From an uncultured Actinomycetes bacterium (GTDB taxonomy: Bacteria > Actinomycetota > Thermoleophilia > RBG-16-64-13), in the NCBI GenBank assembly GCA_963706025.1, contig CAVPLM010000003.1, positions 160,001 to 224,000 on the forward strand: a stretch of DNA of 64,000 nucleotides, read 5' to 3'. Position numbers and translations under genes: made by a program. Of the stretch, positions 33,895 through 45,209 are shown piece by piece; position 1 is the stretch's first letter; each line of letters starts with the position of its first letter. Under the pieces are notes generated by a model. That model was not told the origin of the DNA. It made no database searches and saw only the letters and a program-made list of their open reading frames with translations.

Positions 33895-35340
33895 CTATTC
33901 TGAAACCGCCGCCTGGTCGATCTCGGTTCTGCCCAGCCAGAAGCACGCCAGCGGTGCGGGGACCTTGAGGGCTAACACCTGAGTCGAGGACGGTAACTCA
34001 ACTACACCGAAATCACTGACGTCCTTGGTTATGACGTAACCGCGCTGTACCTTGCGAGCCTCGCAGAACTCAACAAGCCCCTTGAGCGAGGCCGCTCCGG
34101 TATTCGCCGAGCGGTACTTCACTTCGAAGGGGACGAGGCGGCCGGCAACATCTGCAATGATGTCGACCTCGTGGCCCGACCGACCCCTCCAGTATGAAAA
34201 GCCGACGCTGTTCCGGTAGTAGCGCGTGTAGACGTGTTTGAAAAATGCAGTCTCCACGGCGCCACCGAGAGCAGTGTCGTCTTCGAGGAGGGCCCTCCCC
34301 TTGAGAAGGACGCTTGGTCCGATCGCTGGGTCCGCTAGATAGACTTTGGCTCTTCCGCGGAGCACCTCTTTCCCGTATCCGAAAGGCAGCAGCCGATAGA
34401 CAAGGTGGGTCGCCTCCAGCAAATCTATGAAGCTTGCGACAGTAGGTCGTTTCAGCTGCAGTTCTTTGCAGATTCCGGCAATATCGAGGATGCCCCCATT
34501 ATGAAGGCAGAGGTATAGGAAGACTTGCTCAAGCTCGATGACCCGCCTGACGCCAAAAAGGGCGGTCATGTCGCGCTTCAGCACTTTGTCGACGATATCC
34601 TCCCGCAATAGCCTCTGGCCGGTCACAATATTGTCGGCAAGCGCAACCTGAGGAAAGCCGCCACGAAGGAGGTACTCGTTGAACAGCGGCACGAGCGGTT
34701 TGGCATCCTGCGCGACCTTCACGAATTGCTTCGGAGACCATTCAAACAGCTTGGCGAGAGAGATGACCTCCGCTACTTGTGGTATCTCCGCCCTCCGAAT
34801 GTTCAGGTACTCGTAGAAGGAGAGAGTCGCCAAACGGATGGTGTGCCACCTGCCGACGCCCGACTCTTGTCCCTCGCGCGAAAGCGGGGTTGCAGACCCC
34901 GTCACGGCTATGCGGCGGCGCTTCTCGAAGTCCACCTGGTGCTTGAGCCACGTCTGCCAGTCCTTGACAACCTGGATCTCGTCAAGGAACAAGTACTGGG
35001 GACCTTCCGCCGGCGAATCGTGCTCCCGCCAAAGCCGCAGGACTGTCTCCAGCCCTACCAGCTTGAGCAGGGGATGATCGAACGTCGCATAGAGAATGTT
35101 CTGAGCAGGAACACCCTGGTTCAGTAGGTCCTCGATCGCCTGCAGAAAAAGGGTGGTTTTACCCACTTGCCGTGCTCCCGAAAGAAGAAGGGCCCGGCCC
35201 CCAGGCGGGTTCTTAGCCCAGGCCGCTATTTCTGCAAATGCGGCCCGTCTCCAGACAGGTAGTTCGAAGAAGCGGCTGCCCGCCCACCAAGGGTTGAACT
35301 GCCGAAGTACGGCGTAGAGCTCGGCATCTGTTGCAATCAT
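33895..35340 (-). CDS. AAA_14 ATPase with DUF4143 C-terminal domain
   Basis: Walker A GARQVGKT, Walker B LFLDEIQ, VTGS, GGFP, KVYLAD, EVDII..PFEVK. Confidence 0.9.
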   Translation of the reverse strand: MIATDAELYAVLRQFNPWWAGSRFFELPVWRRAAFAEIAAWAKNPPGGRALLLSGARQVGKTTLFLQAIEDLLNQGVPAQNILYATFDHPLLKLVGLETVLRLWREHDSPAEGPQYLFLDEIQVVKDWQTWLKHQVDFEKRRRIAVTGSATPLSREGQESGVGRWHTIRLATLSFYEYLNIRRAEIPQVAEVISLAKLFEWSPKQFVKVAQDAKPLVPLFNEYLLRGGFPQVALADNIVTGQRLLREDIVDKVLKRDMTALFGVRRVIELEQVFLYLCLHNGGILDIAGICKELQLKRPTVASFIDLLEATHLVYRLLPFGYGKEVLRGRAKVYLADPAIGPSVLLKGRALLEDDTALGGAVETAFFKHVYTRYYRNSVGFSYWRGRSGHEVDIIADVAGRLVPFEVKYRSANTGAASLKGLVEFCEARKVQRGYVITKDVSDFGVVELPSSTQVLALKVPAPLACFWLGRTEIDQAAVSE

Positions 35341-35628
35341 GGCTCAGATTCTACCACTGCAGTCTAATTAGTGAAAGTGTACTTTAACTATTGCGTGTAT
35401 TTAGTGCGTTTGGCTGGCTTTTGCGTGCTAAGCAGCTGCCTGAGCCGGCCGCGGCGACCGTGGCAAGTAACAGTCCGGGCCCGCCCTGAGAGCGGACTCG
35501 GACGTGCCTGAAAGGCTCTATTACGTAGACAAGCCGAACCGCGTCGGCCATTGTTGTATTTCTGCCCCTGACTGGTCCTGAAAGCAGCAAGTCAGAAGGA
35601 CAAGGGCGAGGTAGCGAGTCGGGTGGGT

Positions 35629-35657
35629 TTGACCGATCCTGGCTTGGGGCATATAGA
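35629..35657 (+). promoter_or_regulatory. Housekeeping sigma promoter of groESL
   Basis: TTGACC-N17-TATAGA immediately upstream of the CIRCE. Confidence 0.7.
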
Positions 35658-35666
35658 GTGTACAAG

Positions 35667-35693
35667 TTGGCACTCAGAGGCAACGAGTGCCAA
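35667..35693 (+). promoter_or_regulatory. CIRCE element (HrcA operator)
   Basis: TTGGCACTC-agaggcaac-GAGTGCCAA, a perfect 9-9-9 inverted repeat upstream of groES. Confidence 0.95.
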
Positions 35694-35772
35694 TCCCACC
35701 AGAGGCGTTTCATCGCGCGTTCGAGGCGAGAGCAATCCAGCACCCGAACGTGAGTACAGGAGGTTATTGCGC

Positions 35773-37762
<1,990 letters not shown>

Positions 37763-37807
37763 AGAACGTCAACTCCTATCAGGGCCCAAGAGGCCCACTA
37801 GGAGCAG

Positions 37808-37876
37808 GGGGGCCATCGCGGGCCAGCGGGTAACCATGTGGAGCCCGCCGTAGCCTGCGATGGCCCCCATTTTCTT
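37808..37876 (+). terminator. Long hairpin / probable groESL terminator
   Basis: GGGGGCCATCGC...GCGATGGCCCCC followed by ATTTTCTT. Confidence 0.65.
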
Positions 37877-37965
37877 GTATTGAGCGGTGACGAACTCGTC
37901 ACCATGTAACTGACCGGGACGGACGGGAACGAACCGGATAGCAGGGTTCGTGACCCTCCGGTCGC

Positions 37966-39054
37966 TCAACTGCGGCCGGTCCGCTTGTGGTAGTCCTTTG
38001 CCGCCTTGTGGACGATCTTCGACTTGCGCTCATTCTCCGCACGGAGACGCGCATCCGTCTTTGCCGCGGCGAACTGCGCCTCGCCCATGAGTTTGTGATA
38101 GCTGGCCAAGCGCTCGGACGGCAGCGTTCCTGACTCGACAGCAGCCCGTACCGCGCAGCCCGGTTCGTCGTTGTGCGTGCAGTCGCGGAAACGGCAAGAT
38201 CGGGAGGCCTGGTCTATCTCCGGGAAGACCGAGGTGATGCCCTCCTCCGACCCGGTCAGGCCAAACGCCCGGAGCCCGGGAGTGTCGATGAGCAGGCCGC
38301 CGCCCGGCATCTGGATCAGCTCGCGAGCCACGGTCGTGTGCATGCCGCGCCCGTCGCTCACGCGGACTTCGCGCGTCGCTTGCCGCTGCTCGCCGAGGAG
38401 GGAGTTGATGAGCGTGGATTTCCCGGCGCCCGAAGGGCCGACCAGAACCGCGGTGCGATGATCCGAGATGTATTCCAGGATCGGCTGAATGCCGTTACCG
38501 GCGAGCGCGTTCATGACGAGCACTTCCGCCCCGAGCGCGACCGACTCCACGGCTGCACGGGCTGCATCTGGGTCGGCGGAGAGATCCGCCTTCGTGAGCA
38601 CCACCACGGGGACGGCCCCCGAGTCCCATGCCACAGAGAGCTCGCGCTCGATACGGCGAACGTTGGGCGGCTCGGCGATCGGGTGAACGACGAGCACAGT
38701 ATCGATATTGGCGGCCAACACCTGGACGTCGGAGGTCTTCCCGGGATCACCGCGCGTGATGGCGCTGGCGCGCTCAAGTACTGCCTCGATAAACGAGGTG
38801 TCGAGGCCGTCGGAGGCCAGCACCGCCACCCAGTCGCCGACAGCGGGCAGATCCGCCACACCGCTGGCGGACTTCAAGAGACGGGCGGACAGCGTCGCGC
38901 GGACGACCCCGTCTGATGTCGCTACCAGGAGACTGCCGCGGTCGCCGCGGATAACGCGGCCAGGCTTCAGACCATCCGCAGCGTGGGGTTCGAAGAGCGC
39001 CTGCCAGCGAGGGGAATAGCCGAGTGCTCGAAGTGGGGAAGTGTCAGGATTCAT
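37966..39054 (-). CDS. rsgA: Ribosome small subunit-dependent GTPase A
   Basis: PAVGDWV, AANID, TKADL, GPSGAGKSTLIN, DTPG, CRFRDCTHNDEPGC. Confidence 0.95.
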   Translation of the reverse strand: MNPDTSPLRALGYSPRWQALFEPHAADGLKPGRVIRGDRGSLLVATSDGVVRATLSARLLKSASGVADLPAVGDWVAVLASDGLDTSFIEAVLERASAITRGDPGKTSDVQVLAANIDTVLVVHPIAEPPNVRRIERELSVAWDSGAVPVVVLTKADLSADPDAARAAVESVALGAEVLVMNALAGNGIQPILEYISDHRTAVLVGPSGAGKSTLINSLLGEQRQATREVRVSDGRGMHTTVARELIQMPGGGLLIDTPGLRAFGLTGSEEGITSVFPEIDQASRSCRFRDCTHNDEPGCAVRAAVESGTLPSERLASYHKLMGEAQFAAAKTDARLRAENERKSKIVHKAAKDYHKRTGRS

Positions 39055-39160
39055 CCGATGGAGTCAATTTGCCTCCTCTTAGATTCTGCATGAACTATAG
39101 CCGCTATTCCTCCGATGACGGGAACTCCCGCCGTGTCCGGACCCCCTGCACTACTCTGGC

Positions 39161-39186
39161 GTTTGAGCAGGCCCCCGCCGGGGTAG
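39161..39186 (+). promoter_or_regulatory. Candidate SigB/SigF-type general-stress promoter
   Basis: GTTT-N16-GGGTAG, 32 nt before the small hydrophobic gene. Confidence 0.5.
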
Positions 39187-39218
39187 CTCGGCTTCACAGA
39201 ACGAAGAGGGGAGAGAAC

Positions 39219-39362
39219 ATGCTCTGGCTCATCCTGTTCATCATCATCGTGCTCGTCGTCTTCGGCTTGGGCTTCGTCTTCAAGGCCCTGTTCTGGGTGG
39301 CACTGGCGCTGTTCATCGTGTGGTTGATCTCTCTCGTCGTCTCGCTGTTCCGCCGCCGCTAG
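39219..39362 (+). CDS. Small hydrophobic two-TM protein (47 aa)
   Basis: MLWLILFIIIVLVVFGLGFVFKALFWVALALFIVWLISLVVSLFRRR; purine-rich RBS. Confidence 0.8.
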   Translation: MLWLILFIIIVLVVFGLGFVFKALFWVALALFIVWLISLVVSLFRRR

Positions 39363-39414
39363 AGCGAGATAGACGGGAACACGGCCGAGAGCACGAAGGG
39401 AAGGTGAGACAGGC

Positions 39415-39525
39415 ATGCCGAGGATGGGTAACCGCCGGGGGAACGCGCTGTGGTGGGCGCTGGCGGCGCTGGTCGTGGTGGTGATCGTGGTGGTAGTGGT
39501 CCTCTTCCTGGAAGGCATACTCTAG
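39415..39525 (+). CDS. Small single-TM protein (36 aa; below the ORF-track cutoff)
   Basis: MPRMGNRRGNALWWALAALVVVVIVVVVVLFLEGIL; GAAGGTGA upstream. Confidence 0.6.
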   Translation: MPRMGNRRGNALWWALAALVVVVIVVVVVLFLEGIL

Positions 39526-39545
39526 TCGCGGGAGGCACGATTAGC

Positions 39546-40070
39546 ATGTTGAAGGCAAGCGAACTCATCCATCGTCTGCTGATAACCCGCGACGCGGGGG
39601 AGCAGGTAGGGAAAGTCGAGGACCTGGTCGTCGACCAAACGGGCAGCCGAGTCTTGGGAGTACTGGTCGACGAGAAAGGCTGGTTCAGCGGCGCCCACGT
39701 CGTACGCTGGCCGGCAGTGCTTAGCGTAGGCGCAGACACCCTCGTCATCGATTCCAAGACCAGCGTAGTGAAGGCTTCAGAGGTCCCGGAGATGAAAGAC
39801 GTGTTCGATCGCGGCAACGTGCTCGCCGGAGTCCGCGTACGCACCACCGACGGGCAGGATCTGGGCAAGTTCGAGGCCTTCTACTTCGACGAGAAGAGCG
39901 GAAGGATCTTGGGTTATGAGCTTTCCGGCGGTACCGGCCGGAAACGACGTTCCCGCTCCTTCCTACCTACGCCCACCAGTTTCGAGGCGGGCAAGGACGT
40001 GGCCTTCGTGTCGCCCGAGGCGGCCGACACCTTGCAGGACTTGGAAGAGGCACTCAAACAGAGCTGGTGA
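39546..40070 (+). CDS. Tandem PRC-barrel domain protein
   Basis: GEQVGKVEDLVVD and GQDLGKFEAFYFDEKSGRILGYELSGG. Confidence 0.88.
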   Translation: MLKASELIHRLLITRDAGEQVGKVEDLVVDQTGSRVLGVLVDEKGWFSGAHVVRWPAVLSVGADTLVIDSKTSVVKASEVPEMKDVFDRGNVLAGVRVRTTDGQDLGKFEAFYFDEKSGRILGYELSGGTGRKRRSRSFLPTPTSFEAGKDVAFVSPEAADTLQDLEEALKQSW

Positions 40071-40143
40071 GCTTAGGCGGGTCAGGGCTGTTGGGAAGTG
40101 CCCTCGTCCGGCTCAGTGCGCGCTCCCAGCGAGACAAGGCCTC

Positions 40144-40231
40144 GCTTCAGGCCCTCGAGATGACACCGGGCCCGCCGCGAAGCGGGCCCGGTGTCATCTC
40201 AATCGGTGCTACAGAGCCAAAAACGCTACTG
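40144..40231 (+). repeat. ~88-bp hairpin-containing block, copy 1
   Basis: Perfect 19-bp arms at 40157-40175 and 40182-40200; direct-repeat copy at 46065-46153. Confidence 0.9.
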
Positions 40232-40307
40232 GGCTTTCACAAACATGACAGAATCGGTCATTGTGGTATTTCTACCCCTGGCTGGTCGTGTAAGACCCTA
40301 CATAGAA

Positions 40308-40362
40308 CTCGAAAACCGTTGTGCCGCGCAAGCGGTACCGGGGGTTCGAATCCCCCTCTCTC
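40308..40362 (+). other. 3' fragment of tRNA-Ser(CGA), att-like remnant
   Basis: CTCGAAA anticodon loop, ACCGT, long variable arm GTGCCGCGCAAGCGGTAC, GGGGG-TTCGAAT-CCCCC T-arm, TCTCTC; no D-arm or 5' half, no CCA. Confidence 0.85.
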
Positions 40363-40416
40363 AACCTGGTCCGGCAAGGAATTCATTGGGCTCCGCCGCA
40401 ACCCGGGGCGCACGGG

Positions 40417-43074
40417 TTAGGCTTCAGCAGGCGGCGGGGTTTCAAGCGCCCGTTCTCTGCGGCCTCTCATCGCCTTTAGGCCTTCGAACCAGGCCACGCT
40501 CAAGAGTCCGGCCGTCAGGCAGATCAGCAAGTCCACCGAGTGGAGCACACCGAAGCGGAACAACTCTCGTAGGGCAGGCACATACAGCACAAGTCCCAGA
40601 AAGGCCAGGGCTCCGCCGACCACCCACCACAGCGCGGAGTTGGGGGAGCGAAGCGTCGCGAGGATTCCCCGGCTCCAGGACCGGTTGGTCAGAATCAGGG
40701 CCAGGTTTGCGACGATCAGCGTGGCAAACGTCAGGGCCCGGGCCTGCTCGGCACTCTGTCCCCGAGCCAGAGAGATCCCGTATATCACGAGCAGGATGGC
40801 CAATACCACCAGGCCCTGGAGGACACTGATTCCGAGAACCTTGCGGCCGAACAGGGGCTCCTTCGCCGGTCGCGGTGGGCGGTTCATGATGCCCTTTTCT
40901 TCCGGTTCGGCCTCGAACACCACTGAACACGCGGGGTCGATGATCAGCTCCAGGAAGAGCACGTGCACGGGAGAGAAGACCAATGGCCACCGGAGCACGA
41001 GCGGGATGAGTGTCAAACCGATGATCGGTGTGTGGACGGCGAAGATGTAGGCTACCGCCTTCTTGAGATTGTCGAAGATCCGCCGACCCAGCCTGACGGC
41101 TGCGACGATGGACGAGAAGTCGTCGTCGAGAAGCACGAGTGACGAGGCCTCCCGCGCGACGTCCGTGCCCCGTTGGCCCATGGCCACCCCTATGTTGGCG
41201 GCTTTCAGCGCGGGGGCGTCGTTGACGCCGTCGCCGGTCATGGCCACGAGTTCACCTCGAGCCTTGAGTGCACGGACCAGCCTCAGCTTCTGCTCGGGTA
41301 CCATCCGAGCGAAGATGTTGCAGTCCCCGATGCGTTCCTGGAGTTCCGACTCCTTCAAAGCCTCCAACTCTGGTCCGGTGATAACCACCTCCGGGGCATC
41401 AAGACCGATCTGACGGGCGATCGCCCGTGCGGTCCCCGGGTAGTCTCCGGTGATCATGATCACTCGGATGCCGGCGGTCCGGCACTCTTTGAGCGATTTT
41501 GCAACGGAGGGGCGGGGAGGGTCCGATAGTCCCACCAGCCCCAGAAAGGTGAAGTCGAAATCGTGCTGTGCCCCGGGCCACTCGTCCCCCCGGAAGACAG
41601 CCCGTGCTACTCCAAGCACTCTGAGGCCGTCCTCAGCCATGGTCTCGATGGCGCGAGAGAGGTCCCGGTGCTGGGAAGCGTCCAGATGGCAGAGGTCGGC
41701 GATAGCTTCCGGTGCGCCCTTCGCCGCGATGACGTAAGCATCGCCTCTGGGCGAGCGCCAAACGTGTGACATAGCCAGAAGCTCACGCGAGAGCGGGTAT
41801 TCGTGAACAAGCTGCCAGTCGCCATGCAGGTGCTCGGAGCCGGCGAAGTATCTTGCGCCCAGCTCCTTGAAGGCCTTCTCCATGGGATCGAAAGGATCGA
41901 GCTCGCTGGCGAGGATCCCGTATTCCACGAGTTCGTGGAACTTCTCAAGGTAGGGAGCGTCCAGCGTGATGCCCTCAGATCGCCCGTCGCTGCCGGAGAC
42001 CTCACCGGCGGCCTCTTCTGGAGCGGCGGCCCCTTCTCCCGGGACTGCGAAGAACCGGCCGCCGGCGAAAAGGCGGGCGATGGTCATGCAATTCAGCGTC
42101 AAGGTGCCCGTCTTGTCGACGCAGAGGACGGTCGCCGAGCCGAGGGATTCCACGGCCGGGATCCTGCGGGTGAGGACGCTCTTCTGGCTGATGCGCCACG
42201 CGCCCAGGGCCAGAAAGACCGTGAGCACCACCGGGATCTCCTCAGGCAGCGTCGCCATGGCCAGCGTCACTCCGGCCAGAAGCCCTTCCGTCCAGCGACC
42301 GCGGGTCAGGCCATAGATGAGCACGACCAGGAGGCAGACGAAGAGCCCTATGAGCGCCATGTTCCGCACCAGCCGCCCGCTGTGCCGTTGGAGGTCGGTC
42401 GGCTCACGATCGGTAGATTCGAGCGCCTGCCCGATCCTACCCATCTCCGTGCGCGGCCCGGTGGCGATCACTTCCGCGATTCCCTGACCCTGTACTATCA
42501 GCGTCCCGGCAAAGATGTTGGGAAGGTCGTCGCCCCCCGGCCGGGCAAGGGGGGCCGACGCACTCAAGGGGTCGACGGAAGCCAGCTTTCGGACCGGTAC
42601 CGACTCGCCCGTGAGTAGCGACTCATCGGCCTGCAGGTTGTCACATGAGAGAACGAATGCGTCGGCGGGCACGCGATCGCCCTCGGCGACGAGGACGATA
42701 TCTCCCCGGACTACTTCTCTGCCAGGGATCCTGAGTTGCTCCCCGCCCCGGATCACCCGCGCCCGCGGGCTGGACAGATCGCGCAGGGCTTCCAGGGCCC
42801 GCTCGGTCTTGCGCTCCTGATACATGGTGATGCCCATCACCACGAAGACGAAGCCCAAAAGCATGGAGGCTTCCTGTATATCGCCCAGGGTCGCGTAGAG
42901 TGCCCCGGAGAACACCAGAAGCAGAAACATCGGCTCTCTGATCACGCCTAGCGCTATGGCCGCGAGCCCGCGCTTCTTGGCGGACGGCAGCTCGTTGAAC
43001 CCCTCAGAGCGGAGCCTCTCGCCCGCCTCCGCGGGCGAGAGGCCGCTTGGATCATCTGCGGGATCGGACCTCAT
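40417..43074 (-). CDS. Type II cation-translocating P-type ATPase (Ca2+-like)
   Basis: LTGES, PEEIP, DKTGTLT, KGAPE, TGDY, TGDGVNDAPAL. Confidence 0.95.
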   Translation of the reverse strand: MRSDPADDPSGLSPAEAGERLRSEGFNELPSAKKRGLAAIALGVIREPMFLLLVFSGALYATLGDIQEASMLLGFVFVVMGITMYQERKTERALEALRDLSSPRARVIRGGEQLRIPGREVVRGDIVLVAEGDRVPADAFVLSCDNLQADESLLTGESVPVRKLASVDPLSASAPLARPGGDDLPNIFAGTLIVQGQGIAEVIATGPRTEMGRIGQALESTDREPTDLQRHSGRLVRNMALIGLFVCLLVVLIYGLTRGRWTEGLLAGVTLAMATLPEEIPVVLTVFLALGAWRISQKSVLTRRIPAVESLGSATVLCVDKTGTLTLNCMTIARLFAGGRFFAVPGEGAAAPEEAAGEVSGSDGRSEGITLDAPYLEKFHELVEYGILASELDPFDPMEKAFKELGARYFAGSEHLHGDWQLVHEYPLSRELLAMSHVWRSPRGDAYVIAAKGAPEAIADLCHLDASQHRDLSRAIETMAEDGLRVLGVARAVFRGDEWPGAQHDFDFTFLGLVGLSDPPRPSVAKSLKECRTAGIRVIMITGDYPGTARAIARQIGLDAPEVVITGPELEALKESELQERIGDCNIFARMVPEQKLRLVRALKARGELVAMTGDGVNDAPALKAANIGVAMGQRGTDVAREASSLVLLDDDFSSIVAAVRLGRRIFDNLKKAVAYIFAVHTPIIGLTLIPLVLRWPLVFSPVHVLFLELIIDPACSVVFEAEPEEKGIMNRPPRPAKEPLFGRKVLGISVLQGLVVLAILLVIYGISLARGQSAEQARALTFATLIVANLALILTNRSWSRGILATLRSPNSALWWVVGGALAFLGLVLYVPALRELFRFGVLHSVDLLICLTAGLLSVAWFEGLKAMRGRRERALETPPPAEA

Positions 43075-43400
43075 TCTTGACCGAAGCCGCCGAGGAGATC
43101 TTGGAGAAGCGAGGTCCGCCGCTGCTTGCCAACCGGTTTCTGGTCATAGCCATGATCGTCGCGATGCTTGTTGTCACGGTCGTGATCGTCATGATCACGA
43201 TCGTCTCGCCTCTCCGGCTCATGGCGGGCGGTGCCTGTCTGGCTGACGGGGGCGGCCGGCGCTCCTTTGGCCTCCATTTCGATGAGTTTGTCGATCTCGC
43301 CACGATCGAGCCAGATACCCTTGCACGACGGGCAGATGTCGATCATCAGGCCCGAGCGCTCGATCTCCTTCAGTCTTTCTCCGCAGACCGGGCAATCCAT
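43071..43400 (-). CDS. zf-TFIIB-type zinc-ribbon protein with His/Asp-rich tail
   Basis: CPVC...IDICPSCKGIWLDRGEIDKL; ATGA overlap with the ATPase. Confidence 0.88.
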   Translation of the reverse strand: MDCPVCGERLKEIERSGLMIDICPSCKGIWLDRGEIDKLIEMEAKGAPAAPVSQTGTARHEPERRDDRDHDDHDRDNKHRDDHGYDQKPVGKQRRTSLLQDLLGGFGQE

Positions 43401-43556
43401 AGATCCTTCCTTTCTGTTGCGTTCACACACGTCGCGTATCGCAGATGCCGGCGGTGCCGCCAGGCCTTCAGGGCCAGGGGCGCGACGGAGATCCCCACGA
43501 TGTCGGATAGCAGGCCGGCAGGATCGAGAAGATAGTCCAGGGGACCGATATCCATG

Positions 43557-43901
43557 CTACCTAGCCTCGGTCTCGTCGAACCCAGGCCGAGGCTGTTCGT
43601 GTCCGCGTCTGTCGGGCTCCGAGCAGATCACCCCACCTACTCCGAAGCGGTTTCGCATCCTGCGCTTCGCGTAGTTGATCATGTGCCCACCATGGAGAAT
43701 GGTGTGCAGGGCGGTGAGCACGACCATGCTCCAACCCATCAGTCCGTGTAGATCGTCGCCCAAACCGAAGAACTCGGCCTCGTCACTGCCCAATGCGGTG
43801 AGGATGGAGAGAACCACGGCAAGCAGCAGGAGCAGGCTCACGACGAAACTCGCGTCCTGACGGATCGTTCTGGCCGTTCTTGGTGATCTTCTCTCGCGCA
43901 T
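43557..43901 (-). CDS. Small two-TM membrane protein (DUF4405-like, heme-ligand-type His residues)
   Basis: TM helix, LHGLMG, ALHTILH. Confidence 0.55.
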   Translation of the reverse strand: MRERRSPRTARTIRQDASFVVSLLLLLAVVLSILTALGSDEAEFFGLGDDLHGLMGWSMVVLTALHTILHGGHMINYAKRRMRNRFGVGGVICSEPDRRGHEQPRPGFDETEAR

Positions 43902-44013
43902 CAGGTCTCCTCCGGCACTGCCGTCCTGCATGGGGCCGCTCCGACGGGATCGAAGAGGCCTTCTTCACAGTGATTATGCCGACAGGCACCTTAAGAGCGG
44001 ATTAAGGCGAGAT

Positions 44014-45204
44014 TCAGCCACCGAACGCCACGCTGAACGTGCTGCCCTTTCCCACCTTACTTTCCACATGGACGGTCCAACCATGGGCCTCGACGATGCG
44101 GGCCACTATTGCCAGGCCCAGACCAGACCCTTCCTCGCCGCGGGCGGATTCCGCCCGGTAGAAACGATCGAACACGTAAGGAAGCGCCTCCGGTGAGATC
44201 CCCACCCCGGTGTCACTCACGGAGAGACCATCGGACGAGAGACGGAGTACGATCTTCCCTCCCGGGGGCGTGAACTTCAGAGCGTTCGTCAAGAGATTGT
44301 CGATGAGTTGCCTCACTAGTCCCTCGTCGCAGTCTACGATCAATCCCTCGGCAAGCGTGCTGGTGAGCTCGATCCCAGCTTCGCCGGCCGCCGGCTGATG
44401 CTGTTCCACCTCACTCGCCACGAGAGCCGACATGTCCGTCGGCGTCGGCGAAAGAGCCAGCTCGTCTAGTTCAGCCAATTGTAGAAGGCGCTCGATAAGA
44501 CGCGAGCCCTGCTTCAGTTCGTTCTTGGCTACCTGGATCTCGCGCTCGTGGTCTCCGCTCTTCAGCGCAAGGTCGAGCGAGGAGCCGACCGTGGCCAGGG
44601 GAGTGCGCAGTTCGTGGCTCGCATCATGGGTGAACTGACGGAGGCGGACAAACATCGCTTCCGCCGGAGCCAGGCTTCGTTTGGCGAAGAGCAGCCCGAA
44701 AACGAAGGTGAGCGACGTCACCACGATGGCCACGATGCCGAACAGCATCGCCTCACCGGGCAATTCATGGACGTCTATGCGTTCCGGCCGCGCTACCTGC
44801 AGATAAGTCGCCGCTTCCCCTGCGCCGCCCAGAGGGACCTCGTATACACGGTAATAGCTCCCCGACCCTTTCACAGTAAGGAACCGGGCCGTCGTCCCTG
44901 CTTGCATCGGGACCGACAAGCGCCCAAATAGGTCGCTCGCGAAGATCACCTCCCCTTGGCCCGAGAACACGCGGACGGCGGCGTCATGGAGGGTTGCGGC
45001 GGCCTCTGGGATGGCGGCGGCGTCCTCAGACGCCTCTGCGAGCTTGGTCTCAAACTGGACTGCGTCGGTCCGTAGCTGATCGTTTGTCGACCGGTGCGTG
45101 CCGAAGTACTGTACGCCTATGAACGCGCCCCCCACCAGCAGCATCAGAGCGAACACCAGCCCGGTGAACTGGAGGGCGATCCTGTAGCGGAGGCGGCGGA
45201 ACAT
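44014..45204 (-). CDS. Sensor histidine kinase
   Basis: Two TMs, DASHELRTPL, NLLTNALKF, DTGVGI, FDRFYR, GSGLGL. Confidence 0.93.
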   Translation of the reverse strand: MFRRLRYRIALQFTGLVFALMLLVGGAFIGVQYFGTHRSTNDQLRTDAVQFETKLAEASEDAAAIPEAAATLHDAAVRVFSGQGEVIFASDLFGRLSVPMQAGTTARFLTVKGSGSYYRVYEVPLGGAGEAATYLQVARPERIDVHELPGEAMLFGIVAIVVTSLTFVFGLLFAKRSLAPAEAMFVRLRQFTHDASHELRTPLATVGSSLDLALKSGDHEREIQVAKNELKQGSRLIERLLQLAELDELALSPTPTDMSALVASEVEQHQPAAGEAGIELTSTLAEGLIVDCDEGLVRQLIDNLLTNALKFTPPGGKIVLRLSSDGLSVSDTGVGISPEALPYVFDRFYRAESARGEEGSGLGLAIVARIVEAHGWTVHVESKVGKGSTFSVAFGG

Positions 45205-45209
45205 GGCCT

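Noticed and set aside
40270-40370. Functional tRNA-Ser gene
   Set aside because: No 5' acceptor strand, D-arm, 5' anticodon stem or CCA; only the 3' half is present.
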